Part shown: positions 14,408 to 22,880 of the stretch, piece after piece | Layout of the letters: each line of letters starts with the position of its first letter | Numbering within the stretch: the stretch's first letter is position 1 | DNA from: Collibacillus ludicampi | GTDB lineage: Bacteria > Bacillota > Bacilli > Tumebacillales > BOQE01 | NCBI RefSeq assembly: GCF_023705585.1 | Contig: NZ_BOQE01000001.1 | Span: 857,341-881,340, forward strand | Direction of reading: 5' to 3' | DNA: 24,000 nucleotides | Translations under genes and position numbers: made by a program | The notes under the pieces: generated by a model | What the model was told of the DNA's origin: nothing | Seen by the model: the letters and a program-made list of their open reading frames with translations, nothing else | The model's database searches: none

Positions 14408-14442
14408 AACAGCACCCACGTCTTTTGCATGGGTGCTGTTTT
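14408..14442. terminator. Bidirectional terminator between the PepSY gene and the glutamate-synthase-like gene
   Basis: AACAGCACCCA / TGGGTGCTGTT 11-bp stem followed by TTTT. Confidence 0.7.
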
Positions 14443-14484
14443 CAATCGATTTCATCAATCGAATCAAATGGATCGGCGCTATTT

Positions 14485-15900
14485 TCAATGATGGTAGACC
14501 GGTCGAACCCCAGTCACTTTGGCCGTAAAATCATCGAGAGCCGCGAGATCTTTTTTCGAGACTTCCTTGATGCTTCTTTTTCCAAGTGCGCGAACAGAGA
14601 TTTTCATCTCTTCCATACATGAATGTAAATAATTGGCCAGGTGTAGACTGGCGAGAGCAGGGTCAAGCTTTTCTTTATGTTTCCCCGTGTAGAAAACCAT
14701 TTGTGTAGGAGGCTCCCAAGGAACCGCTTTGAACACTTGTGTATGTGCCATCGCATAGAGAACGGAAGTCCCCAAGTAAACTGCATCAGCCCCGAGAGCG
14801 AGCGCTTTCAAAAAGTGATCGGGGGTGAAGAGACCCCCGCTGACAATAAGACTGATTTGCTCCCGTTTTCCGCTCTGTTCAAGAAAGTGAACCGCACGTG
14901 ATAATGCGTATATGGTTGGCAGTCCGAAATCGTCTTGAAAAATCGGCGGGCTCTCATGTGAACCCCCTTGTCCTCCGTCAATGGCTATCACGTCCACACT
15001 TGCTTCAAGCGCAATTTGCAAGTCCCTTTCCATCCAGTTACCCGCAGCAAACTTGACACCAATCGGAATACCTTCCGTAAGCGTTCGCAACTTCTCGACT
15101 AATTTCCTGAGATCCTCTGGGTCTTGCACCTCTTCATGCCGGGAATGGAGAACGGCATCTTCTCCAGGTCGTAGATTCATGATCCGACGGGCACGCCCTT
15201 GCAATAACTCCGGTTGAATCCGCTCGGCCGCCCCTGCGATCGCACCTTGTCCGAATCGGATTTCAATCATATCCGCCTGTTTAAGAATGCTAGGATCCTT
15301 TGACCATTTTCCTGTGTGATATTGGAGAATTAAGTGTTTCGCGAGATTACGTTCTTCCGGTAGAAAGCCGCCTTTTCCCACATTGCTCGCCGTTCCAACC
15401 ATCGAGGTTCCCAATGCGAAAGCCAGTCTCGCTTGTTCGCTGACACCTACCCCATAGCCCATGGCCGATACAATTAACGGTATATCCAAAACGAGCGGCT
15501 TCTTGCTAGCGGGGCCGATCATTGTCGTCGTTTCCACAGGCGTATCTTCGGGCGTAGGAAGCTTCGCAACCTGAGCGGGAGAAAAAATCAGCCCGTCAAA
15601 GTTCAGAAACTTGCGAGGACTCCCCAGAGGCCGTTGGATAACGCTTCCCGTATGAGCACGGAGAGCATTTTCCAAAACCCATTGGGGTGACATGCGTGTG
15701 AGAGCAGAAACCAGTTCCCATACATTCTCTGCATATCTGTCCGACATGAAACGCTTGACCACACCCTTGACCATCGAAGCAAGGACAACCCTTCTCACCA
15801 TATACATCATGAATAAAAAAACGCTCAGCCCCAGAAAAACGGCAAACACTTGGATGACTATCACTTTCCATGTCGTCAAGCCAGACACTCCATTACACAT
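14485..15900 (-). CDS. FMN-binding glutamate synthase family protein (GltB FMN-domain-like, YerD-type) with an N-terminal TM anchor
   Basis: 471 aa with motifs IEIRFGQGA, IAIDGGQGGS and SGGLFTPDHFLKALALGADAVYLGT. ATG 15900 has no SD. TTG 15879, preceded by GGAG, is an alternative start. Confidence 0.85.
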   Translation of the reverse strand: MCNGVSGLTTWKVIVIQVFAVFLGLSVFLFMMYMVRRVVLASMVKGVVKRFMSDRYAENVWELVSALTRMSPQWVLENALRAHTGSVIQRPLGSPRKFLNFDGLIFSPAQVAKLPTPEDTPVETTTMIGPASKKPLVLDIPLIVSAMGYGVGVSEQARLAFALGTSMVGTASNVGKGGFLPEERNLAKHLILQYHTGKWSKDPSILKQADMIEIRFGQGAIAGAAERIQPELLQGRARRIMNLRPGEDAVLHSRHEEVQDPEDLRKLVEKLRTLTEGIPIGVKFAAGNWMERDLQIALEASVDVIAIDGGQGGSHESPPIFQDDFGLPTIYALSRAVHFLEQSGKREQISLIVSGGLFTPDHFLKALALGADAVYLGTSVLYAMAHTQVFKAVPWEPPTQMVFYTGKHKEKLDPALASLHLANYLHSCMEEMKISVRALGKRSIKEVSKKDLAALDDFTAKVTGVRPVYHH

Positions 15901-15947
15901 TTTTTATAAAATGTGTCCAGAACATGGATTGTATTCAAATGGAGATC

Positions 15948-16892
15948 TCACGCCCGATCAAAATCTTTTTTTAACCATTCGATCAGTTCCCGTTCCCGCT
16001 CTTCGTTCATTTTCTGCGAAAATTCGGGTGTCCATCGATAGAAACCCTCTCCATTCTTCTGGCCATATTTCCCCTCGTCGACCAAACGGCGCATGGTAGG
16101 CAAAGACTCTTGCTGGGTACCTAAATCGGGGAATAAGTAATTGGAAATCGAATCAAATACATCCAAGCCTCCCATGTCAGCCGACATAAACACTCCCGTT
16201 ACCGGGAGACGTCTCCCGATGCTGTAACGGACTGCCGCATCAATATCCTCTACAGTTGCAATCCCTTGTTCGAGGATATTCTGTGCCTCCCTAAACAGTG
16301 CAAACTGCAAACGATTGCCGATAGAACCCAGAATTTCTTTTTTCAAAACCACCGGTTTTTTGTTCATCTTGTGCAGTAACGCCAACGTGCGATCTACAGT
16401 AGCATCGGAAGTATATGTACCGCGAACGACTTCAACAAGTGGGATCAGATGGGCGGGATTCCAAAAATGAGTAACGATCGTTCTCTCCTTATGGACAGTA
16501 TGTAATGCGATATCAGTAGGACTGAGTCCCGATGTATTGCTCGCCAGTATTACATTCGTAGGACATTGCTCATCTAATGATCGGAACCACTCTTGTTTCA
16601 GAGCGAGATCTTCCGGTATCGCCTCAATCAAAAAGGTGGCATTTTGCACACATTCATCCAACTCGCAAGTAAATGTCACTCGCTCTTTAATCGCCTCAGA
16701 CTCAGGTGAACGGATGGCATCATAACGAAGCAGCACCTGAAGTTTCTCCGCGATTCCTTTTCGTCCCCGTTCGATATCTTCTTGATCTTGCCCCCAGACG
16801 TTCACAGACATGCCAGCCAGCGCTGCAGACAAAGCGATCGAATGTCCCATCGTTCCTGTACCCAGTACCACAAGTTTCTCTTGTTCAGTCAT
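15948..16892 (-). CDS. 3-hydroxyacyl-CoA dehydrogenase family protein (lambda-crystallin / L-carnitine-dehydrogenase-like subgroup)
   Basis: 314 aa with SD GAGGGG 7 nt upstream. Rossmann motif VVLGTGTMGHSIA and family motif HFWNPAHLIPLVEVV. Lies 47 nt upstream of the FMN protein gene, so the two are probably one operon. Confidence 0.8.
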   Translation of the reverse strand: MTEQEKLVVLGTGTMGHSIALSAALAGMSVNVWGQDQEDIERGRKGIAEKLQVLLRYDAIRSPESEAIKERVTFTCELDECVQNATFLIEAIPEDLALKQEWFRSLDEQCPTNVILASNTSGLSPTDIALHTVHKERTIVTHFWNPAHLIPLVEVVRGTYTSDATVDRTLALLHKMNKKPVVLKKEILGSIGNRLQFALFREAQNILEQGIATVEDIDAAVRYSIGRRLPVTGVFMSADMGGLDVFDSISNYLFPDLGTQQESLPTMRRLVDEGKYGQKNGEGFYRWTPEFSQKMNEERERELIEWLKKDFDRA

Positions 16893-16973
16893 GACGATTC
16901 CCCTCTTCCAGAGTTTTTCGAAGGCATCAGTAATTAGAAAACGAGCAAAACCACTGAAACGGATATAATTATA

Positions 16974-17002
16974 ATTTTAATATGAGTGGAAATCGTTCGC
17001 AA
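16974..17002 (-). promoter_or_regulatory. Candidate sigma-A promoter of the dehydrogenase/FMN-protein operon
   Basis: Minus strand reads TTGCGA (17002-16997), a 17-nt spacer, then TAAAAT (16979-16974). Confidence 0.5.
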
Positions 17003-17083
17003 AAATTAAGTTCCATCGTCGTATATGAAGAAGCCTGCCGCTTTCGTTCGTGTGAAGCAATATGGTTTCGCAGTGAACACACG

Positions 17084-17114
17084 AAAAAAGCATGCCCTGT
17101 TTCTCAAGGCATGC
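17084..17114 (-). terminator. Rho-independent terminator of the his operon
   Basis: Minus strand reads GCATGCC-TTGAGAAACAG-GGCATGC followed by TTTTTT, 13 nt after the hisIE stop. Confidence 0.75.
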
Positions 17115-17126
17115 CAAGATCATCGA

Positions 17127-17795
17127 TCATTTTGTTTTTCCTTTCATATCCTGTTTTCCATGGCGGCGTTCCAATTCGGCGAGAACTTCATCGAACGGAA
17201 GTCCTTGTTGGCGCAACAGAACGAGCAAATGATACATCAAGTCGCCCGCTTCGCATGTCAATTCATGCGCATCATGATTCTTCGCGGCGACGATCACTTC
17301 CGTGGACTCTTCCCCGACTTTCTTAAGGATCTTATCCAATCCCTTCTCAAACAGATAGGTGGTATATGCGCCTTCCGGCCGTTCCGCGTCGCGACGGGCG
17401 ATCGTCTGAATGAGTTCATCCAAGATGGCGAAACGGTCACCTTCCTGTACATTCCGTTCACCACCTGCAGCCGGTGTAAAGAAACAGGAGTATTTTCCGG
17501 TATGGCAGGCAGCCCCCGTTTGTCTGACTTCCACGAGTAGAGTATCTTTGTCGCAATCATAGGAGATGCGCACCACTTTCTGAATATGACCGGAAGTCGC
17601 CCCTTTGTTCCAATACTCCTGACGTGAGCGGCTCCAAAACCAGGTCGTTCCCGTCTCGATCGTCTTGATCAACGACTCCCTATTCATGTACGCCAGCATC
17701 AGGACTTCTTTGCTCTGCACATCTTGCACAATCGCCGGTATCAACCCGGTCTCTTTATCAAACTGAAGCGTATCGATCCAAGCGTATTCACTCAT
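17127..17795 (-). CDS. hisI: Bifunctional phosphoribosyl-AMP cyclohydrolase / phosphoribosyl-ATP pyrophosphatase
   Basis: 222 aa. The N-terminal HisI part has [11 protein letters not shown] and [11 protein letters not shown]. The C-terminal HisE part has [20 protein letters not shown] overlap with hisF. Confidence 0.92.
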   Translation of the reverse strand: MSEYAWIDTLQFDKETGLIPAIVQDVQSKEVLMLAYMNRESLIKTIETGTTWFWSRSRQEYWNKGATSGHIQKVVRISYDCDKDTLLVEVRQTGAACHTGKYSCFFTPAAGGERNVQEGDRFAILDELIQTIARRDAERPEGAYTTYLFEKGLDKILKKVGEESTEVIVAAKNHDAHELTCEAGDLMYHLLVLLRQQGLPFDEVLAELERRHGKQDMKGKTK

Positions 17796-18553
17796 CGAAT
17801 CGGAACCCCTTTGCTTTTCAAGTAATTTTTCACTTCGCCGATCGATGTTTCTTTAAAGTGAAAGATCGATGCGGCAAGCGCCGCGTCTGCCTTTCCTTCC
17901 GTAAACACATCATAAAAATGTTCTTTCTTTCCTGCGCCACCTGATGCGATCACAGGAATCGATACCGCTTCGGAAACCAGCGCGGTCAGTTTGAGGTCAT
18001 ATCCGTCACGCTGCCCATCCTGGTCGAACGATGTCAACAAGATCTCCCCCGCTCCCAAACTTTCCACCTTCTTCGCCCATTCGATCACCGAGAGGCCTGT
18101 CGACACGCGTCCTCCACTGATCAACACTTCCCAGTCGCCTTTGTTCCGGTCATATCGTCCGTCGATCGCCACAACGATACACTGCTGGCCGAACCGCTTG
18201 GCGCCTTCCGCAACGAGCTGGGGATTTTTCACCGCCGATGTATTGATCGATACCTTGTCCGCGCCCGCTTTCAAGATCTCGCGGATATCATCGACAGAAG
18301 AGATCCCGCCACCAACCGTGAAGGGGATGTATACCTGTTCCGCCGTCCTGCGCACGATATCCATCATCGTCGAACGACCCTCCAACGATGCGGATATATC
18401 CAAAAGCACCAACTCGTCTGCGCCTTGTTCATCATAAAAGCGCGCGAGTTCCACCGGGTCGCCCGCATCCCTCTGATTGGTAAGAAACGATTGGAATTTG
18501 ACGACACGTCCGTCTTTCACATCGAAGCAAGGAATAATTCGCTTCGTTAACAT
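17792..18553 (-). CDS. hisF: Imidazole glycerol phosphate synthase cyclase subunit
   Basis: [19 protein letters not shown] is the canonical HisF N-terminus (ATG 18553). The ORF-track GTG 18562 lies 2 nt from the GAGG. Confidence 0.92.
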   Translation of the reverse strand: MLTKRIIPCFDVKDGRVVKFQSFLTNQRDAGDPVELARFYDEQGADELVLLDISASLEGRSTMMDIVRRTAEQVYIPFTVGGGISSVDDIREILKAGADKVSINTSAVKNPQLVAEGAKRFGQQCIVVAIDGRYDRNKGDWEVLISGGRVSTGLSVIEWAKKVESLGAGEILLTSFDQDGQRDGYDLKLTALVSEAVSIPVIASGGAGKKEHFYDVFTEGKADAALAASIFHFKETSIGEVKNYLKSKGVPIR

Positions 18554-18658
18554 CTCATGCACCGCCTCAGCTATTCTAAAACTTTGTGGTTCGTAAGCGT
18601 ATCCATTCTAAGGCAATTTGTACTCATAGGATAGCATCTGCCTATGCGGCAAGGGTGG

Positions 18659-19402
18659 CTACTTGGCAGTCCTTTCAATCTCCGCAATCGCCTGACGCAA
18701 ATCGATATTCCCTGTGTAAATGGCTTTGCCGATAATCGCGCCCGCTACCCCTTGATTCCGGTATTCCGCGAGTTTGAGCAAATCGCTCGTCTCTTTCACG
18801 CCTCCGGATGCGATCACGGAAAGCTCCGTTTGCTTCGCCATTTCGACGATCGCCGGAATGTTAGGGCCCGTCAGCGTCCCATCGCGCGAAATGTCTGTAA
18901 AGATAATCCGTGTGGCGCCCCATTGTTTTAATTGCTTGCCAAGCTCGATAGCAGAAACGCTGGATGTTTCGAGCCAACCATTGACAGCCACCCTACCGTC
19001 TTTCGCATCGATGCCGATAGCGATCTTCTCACCGTACTCTTTTAATGCGTCTTTGACAAAATCGGGCTTTTCCACAGCGGCCGTACCGAGGATACAACGA
19101 GAGACACCGAGTGCAAACAGCGCTTCCAACGTTTCGCCGTTGCGAATTCCGCCGCCCACTTGCACGGGCACCTGCACACTTTTGACGATTTCAGCGATCA
19201 CCGCGCGATTTTGTTGGCTTCCTTCTTTGGCGCCGTCCAAATCGACGACATGTATGAAGCGCGCTCCCTGTTCCTCAAACCCTTTCGCGACAGACGCAGG
19301 GTTGTCGTTATAGACCGTCACCGCATGATAATCACCGCGCAACAACCGCACCGCTTTCCCCTCATGGATGTCGATCGCCGGATATAAGAGAAACTCTTTC
19401 AT
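18659..19402 (-). CDS. hisA: 1-(5-phosphoribosyl)-5-[(5-phosphoribosylamino)methylideneamino]imidazole-4-carboxamide isomerase
   Basis: LYPAIDIHEGKAVRLLRGDY and the GGGIR and ASGG motifs. 4-nt overlap with hisH. Confidence 0.92.
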   Translation of the reverse strand: MKEFLLYPAIDIHEGKAVRLLRGDYHAVTVYNDNPASVAKGFEEQGARFIHVVDLDGAKEGSQQNRAVIAEIVKSVQVPVQVGGGIRNGETLEALFALGVSRCILGTAAVEKPDFVKDALKEYGEKIAIGIDAKDGRVAVNGWLETSSVSAIELGKQLKQWGATRIIFTDISRDGTLTGPNIPAIVEMAKQTELSVIASGGVKETSDLLKLAEYRNQGVAGAIIGKAIYTGNIDLRQAIAEIERTAK

Positions 19403-20019
19403 GCATGCACACCGTCCTTGACGAGCTTGGCGAAATTCGTAAGCATCTGCAGTCCCGCATGGGAACTTTTTTCTGGGTGAAACTGGATACCGAATACGTT
19501 ATTTTTTTGCACGATCGCCGGTACGTCCCCGTGATAGTCGGCCGACGCGAGGATCACCTGCCGATCCATAGGCTCCACATAATAGCTGTGTACAAAGTAC
19601 ACATAGTCACCGTTCTTCACATGCTCGAGAATCGGGCTCTGCGCATGTAAGGTCAGCGAGTTCCAGCCCATATGGGGAATCTTGAAATCCCCTTTGAAAC
19701 GGCGGACATGACCGGGGATCAAATTCAAGCCGACATGCATCCCATGTTCCTCGGATGTGGAAAAGAGCAGTTGCATCCCTAAGCAAATCCCGAGAAAAGG
19801 GGTTCCCTCTTTCACGACTTTCTTGATGGCGTCGATCATGCCTAAGTGTTTCAAATTGTACATCGCATCCCCGAATGCGCCCACTCCCGGCAAAATGACA
19901 CCGGAAGCGCGTTTCACCTCTTCGGGGTCGCATGTAACGATCGCCTGATATCCCACTTTTTCAATCGCTTTCTGTACGGAGCGAAGGTTTCCCATACCGT
20001 AATCGATAATCGCGATCAT
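19399..20019 (-). CDS. hisH: Imidazole glycerol phosphate synthase glutaminase subunit
   Basis: [15 protein letters not shown], catalytic GICLGMQLL, FHPEKS. ATG 20019 follows SD GAAGGGGG by 7 nt, with GTG 20022 as an alternative. Confidence 0.92.
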   Translation of the reverse strand: MIAIIDYGMGNLRSVQKAIEKVGYQAIVTCDPEEVKRASGVILPGVGAFGDAMYNLKHLGMIDAIKKVVKEGTPFLGICLGMQLLFSTSEEHGMHVGLNLIPGHVRRFKGDFKIPHMGWNSLTLHAQSPILEHVKNGDYVYFVHSYYVEPMDRQVILASADYHGDVPAIVQKNNVFGIQFHPEKSSHAGLQMLTNFAKLVKDGVHA

Positions 20020-20615
20020 CACAAAACCCCCTTCGTGGAAAGAACACCACGGATCTTCTCGTCCCGCGCCACCGCTTCCGCAAGCGCACCGCCGAACGCT
20101 TTGAAAATCGCTTCAATCATATGATGGGTATTCGTGCCGTAATGGAGATTCACGTGGAGTGTCACACCGGCATTGCTAGTGAACGCGCGGAAAAACTCCT
20201 CCACAAGTTCCGTCGGGAACGTGCCGACCCTTTCACTGGGGAATTCCGCGTGGAAGACGAGAAACGAACGTCCAGAAATATCGATCGTTACTTGCGCCAA
20301 CGATTCGTCCATCGGTGTGAAGCGATTGCCGTAACGGCGAATCCCTTTTTTATCGCCGATGGCTTGTCGGAACGCCTGCCCCAGGCAAATGCCGATATCT
20401 TCGACCGTGTGATGATCATCGATTTCCACATCGCCTTTCGCGTCAAGCGTTAAGTCAAAGCCGCCATGTTTCGCGAACAAATCCAACATGTGCGCCAAAA
20501 AGGGGACAGGGAGCGAAAGATCCCGTTTCCCTTCTCCGTCCAGATTGAGTGTCAAAGAAATTTGCGTTTCTGTCGTTTCGCGCCGGATCGTTCCTATACG
20601 TCCATCCACGCTCAT
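20019..20615 (-). CDS. hisB: Imidazoleglycerol-phosphate dehydratase
   Basis: Motifs [20 protein letters not shown] and [14 protein letters not shown]. Monofunctional length (198 aa). Confidence 0.92.
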   Translation of the reverse strand: MSVDGRIGTIRRETTETQISLTLNLDGEGKRDLSLPVPFLAHMLDLFAKHGGFDLTLDAKGDVEIDDHHTVEDIGICLGQAFRQAIGDKKGIRRYGNRFTPMDESLAQVTIDISGRSFLVFHAEFPSERVGTFPTELVEEFFRAFTSNAGVTLHVNLHYGTNTHHMIEAIFKAFGGALAEAVARDEKIRGVLSTKGVL

Positions 20616-21895
20616 TCACCCTTTCCCTCTTTTTCAAGCCGGATGCGGATCGCATTCGCGTGTGCTTCAAGCCCTTCCACCTGAGCCATCTCGATAATTT
20701 TCCGGCCGTTTTTCATGAGTGCTTCTTTGCTGTAACGAATCAGCGACTGTTTCTTGAGGAAATCATCTACGTTGAGCGGGGAGGAAAAACGTGCGGTGCC
20801 TTCTGTCGGCAACACGTGATTGGTTCCGCAGAAATAGTCGCCGACCGGTTCGCTCGAATAGGCTCCCACGAAAATCGCCCCCGCATTTTCGATTTGGGAG
20901 ATGTATTCTTCCGCATCGCGAACCAAGAGTTCCAGATGCTCCGGCGCCACACGGTTAGCGATGGCAACCGCCTCTTGCAGATCTTTCGTCACGACGATTG
21001 CCCCCATGTTGCGGATCGCTGCTTCCGCAATGGCACGACGCGGCAATTTCGCTACTTGGTGAACGATCTGCGCAGCCACCTGTTCGGCCAATGTCCGTGA
21101 AGGGGTCAGCAAAATCGCTTGAGACAGTTCTCCATGTTCCGCCTGTGAGAGCAAATCGGCCGCAACATATTCCGGATCTGCGGAATCGTCCGCAATCACA
21201 AGGATATCGGACGGTCCAGCCATGCTTTCGATTCCCACTTTTCCGAACACCGCTTGCTTGGCTAATGCGACATAGATGTTTCCGGGACCTACGATCTTGT
21301 CGACAGCACGTATCGTTTCCGTACCGTAAGCGAGCGCGGCGATCGCTTGCGCGCCTCCGATACGGTAGACCTCCTTCACACCGAGCTCGTGGATGGCCAC
21401 CAGCACCCCGGGGCTGATATTCCCTTCACGATCCGGTGGGGTGACGAGCACAATTTCTTTCACACCTGCGACCTGTGCGGGAATCACGTTCATCAAAACG
21501 GATGACGGATACGCTGCTGTCCCGCCCGGTACATACACTCCAACCCGTTTCAGCGGGCGAATCAACTGTCCCAATAACACCCCATCCGCCATCGGCGTTA
21601 AAGTGGACGGCCGTAATTGTCCTTCATGATACTTGCGGATATTGCGAATCGCATCACGCAAGGCTTCCAAAAACAGCGGGCTGACTTGTTGGTAGGCAGC
21701 TTCATACTGTTCGAAAGGGACGCGAAAATCATGTAGATCGATTCCGTCAAAACGACGGGTGAAAGCACGTACGGCTTCATCCCCGTGCTGCCGGACCTGT
21801 TTGATCATGTCGATGACGATTTCCCGCTCTTTTGCATGCAAATCCTGTTCTTCCCGTTTCAGCGTGAACTCATCCGACTGTACGATGCGTATCAT
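20612..21895 (-). CDS. hisD: Histidinol dehydrogenase
   Basis: 427 aa with motifs [25 protein letters not shown] and DLLSQAEHG. 4-nt overlaps on both sides. Confidence 0.92.
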   Translation of the reverse strand: MIRIVQSDEFTLKREEQDLHAKEREIVIDMIKQVRQHGDEAVRAFTRRFDGIDLHDFRVPFEQYEAAYQQVSPLFLEALRDAIRNIRKYHEGQLRPSTLTPMADGVLLGQLIRPLKRVGVYVPGGTAAYPSSVLMNVIPAQVAGVKEIVLVTPPDREGNISPGVLVAIHELGVKEVYRIGGAQAIAALAYGTETIRAVDKIVGPGNIYVALAKQAVFGKVGIESMAGPSDILVIADDSADPEYVAADLLSQAEHGELSQAILLTPSRTLAEQVAAQIVHQVAKLPRRAIAEAAIRNMGAIVVTKDLQEAVAIANRVAPEHLELLVRDAEEYISQIENAGAIFVGAYSSEPVGDYFCGTNHVLPTEGTARFSSPLNVDDFLKKQSLIRYSKEALMKNGRKIIEMAQVEGLEAHANAIRIRLEKEGKGE

Positions 21896-22527
21896 AGGAC
21901 ATCCCCCTTCACTACTTGGCGCAGACGTGTAATCATGTCGTCAATCAAGGCGCTTTTCAAGCGGAAACTCATGCGGTTGGCGACGACACGCGTGCTGATC
22001 TGGATGATTTCTTCATGGATCACGAGACCGTTTTCTTTCAAGGTTCGCCCCGTTTCAACAAGGTCGACGATCCGTTCGGCCAGTCCGATGAGAGGAGCCA
22101 ATTCCACCGACCCGTTCAAAAATATCACTTCCACTTGCCGACCCTTGTTGCGAAAATGGTTGGTTGCGATTCTCGGATATTTCGAGGCAACGCGTGTCAC
22201 CGCGCTTTCTTTTTCTTCAGGGAGTCCGCATACGCACATGCGGCATTTGCCGATTCCCAGATCAAGCAATTCGTATAGGTCGCGCCCGGCTTCAAGCAAG
22301 ACGTCTTTCCCCACGATGCCGATATCCGCTGCCCCATACTCCACATACGTCGGTACATCGACGGGCTTGGCAAGGATGAACTTCATCTTCATATCGGGGG
22401 ATTGCAAGATCAGTTTGCGCGATTCATCGATATCTTCAGGCACGGAGATTCCCGCATCGCGCATCAAGGATAATGTATCTTTGAGGATGCGCCCTTTTGA
22501 GAGGGCGATCGTGAGTTGTTCGCTCAT
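21892..22527 (-). CDS. hisG: ATP phosphoribosyltransferase, short (HisZ-dependent) form
   Basis: MSEQLTIALSKGRI from ATG 22527, with SD AGGAGTG (22534-22540) 6 nt upstream. The ORF-track GTG 22536 lies inside the SD. About 211 aa with no C-terminal regulatory domain, consistent with the presence of hisZ. Confidence 0.9.
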   Translation of the reverse strand: MSEQLTIALSKGRILKDTLSLMRDAGISVPEDIDESRKLILQSPDMKMKFILAKPVDVPTYVEYGAADIGIVGKDVLLEAGRDLYELLDLGIGKCRMCVCGLPEEKESAVTRVASKYPRIATNHFRNKGRQVEVIFLNGSVELAPLIGLAERIVDLVETGRTLKENGLVIHEEIIQISTRVVANRMSFRLKSALIDDMITRLRQVVKGDVL

Positions 22528-22554
22528 ATCAGTCACTCCTACAGGCCGCTACTT

Positions 22555-22793
22555 TTGAAAGTTTAGTGCTTGGGTGGATGTATCGCTTTGCGCTTGGGTT
22601 CGATTATCGGGCATATGCTTTACGTTCATGCTCCGTGGAGGTCGTCTCGCTTGGAATATATTTAATTGTTGCGAGACGACCTCCAAAGTCGCTGTTTCAC
22701 GCCAAGCATATGCCCCTCACCAGCCAAAAAGGAAGCGAGACGACCTCCAAAGTCGCTTTCTTACGCAAAGCATTACGCCCACCCAAAGACACT
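22555..22793 (-). repeat. Long-form (239 bp) copy of the palindromic element family, between hisZ and hisG
   Basis: Type-1 end TTGAAAGTTTAGTGCTTGGGTGGATGTATCGCTTTGCGCTTGGGTTC. Central hairpin 22609-22715 (GGAGGTCGTCTCGC / GCGAGACGACCTCC). The 45-nt right arm is duplicated (22671-22715 and 22735-22780). Type-2 end is CGCCCACCCAAAGACACT. Confidence 0.85.
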
Positions 22794-22837
22794 ATTCACT
22801 CTTCTGATGGCCCCTCTAAAAGCATGGGTGGCAACAC

Positions 22838-22858
22838 TGAAAGTTAGTGCTTGAGCAG
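22838..22858 (-). repeat. Solo type-1 terminus fragment of the same element family
   Basis: TGAAAGTTAGTGCTTGAGCAG closely repeats TGAAAGTTTAGTGCTTGGGTGG at 22557-22578. Confidence 0.55.
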
Positions 22859-22880
22859 TTACGTTGGAAAAATTCCCACA

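Noticed and set aside
21785-22558. Long antisense ORFs inside well-supported genes (257 aa here; also 20549..21100, 4459..5025, 1612..2106, 18774..19313 and 17025..17540)
   Set aside because: The opposite strand encodes proteins with unmistakable family motifs (HisG/HisD, HisB/HisD, ABC permease, kinase, HisA, HisIE). The antisense products are Ser/Arg/Pro-rich with no SD.
22637-22748. Repeated GCGAGACGACCTCC units considered as a mini CRISPR array
   Set aside because: There are only two direct copies plus one inverted copy. The spacing is irregular, the units are embedded in a larger palindromic element, and no cas genes are present.
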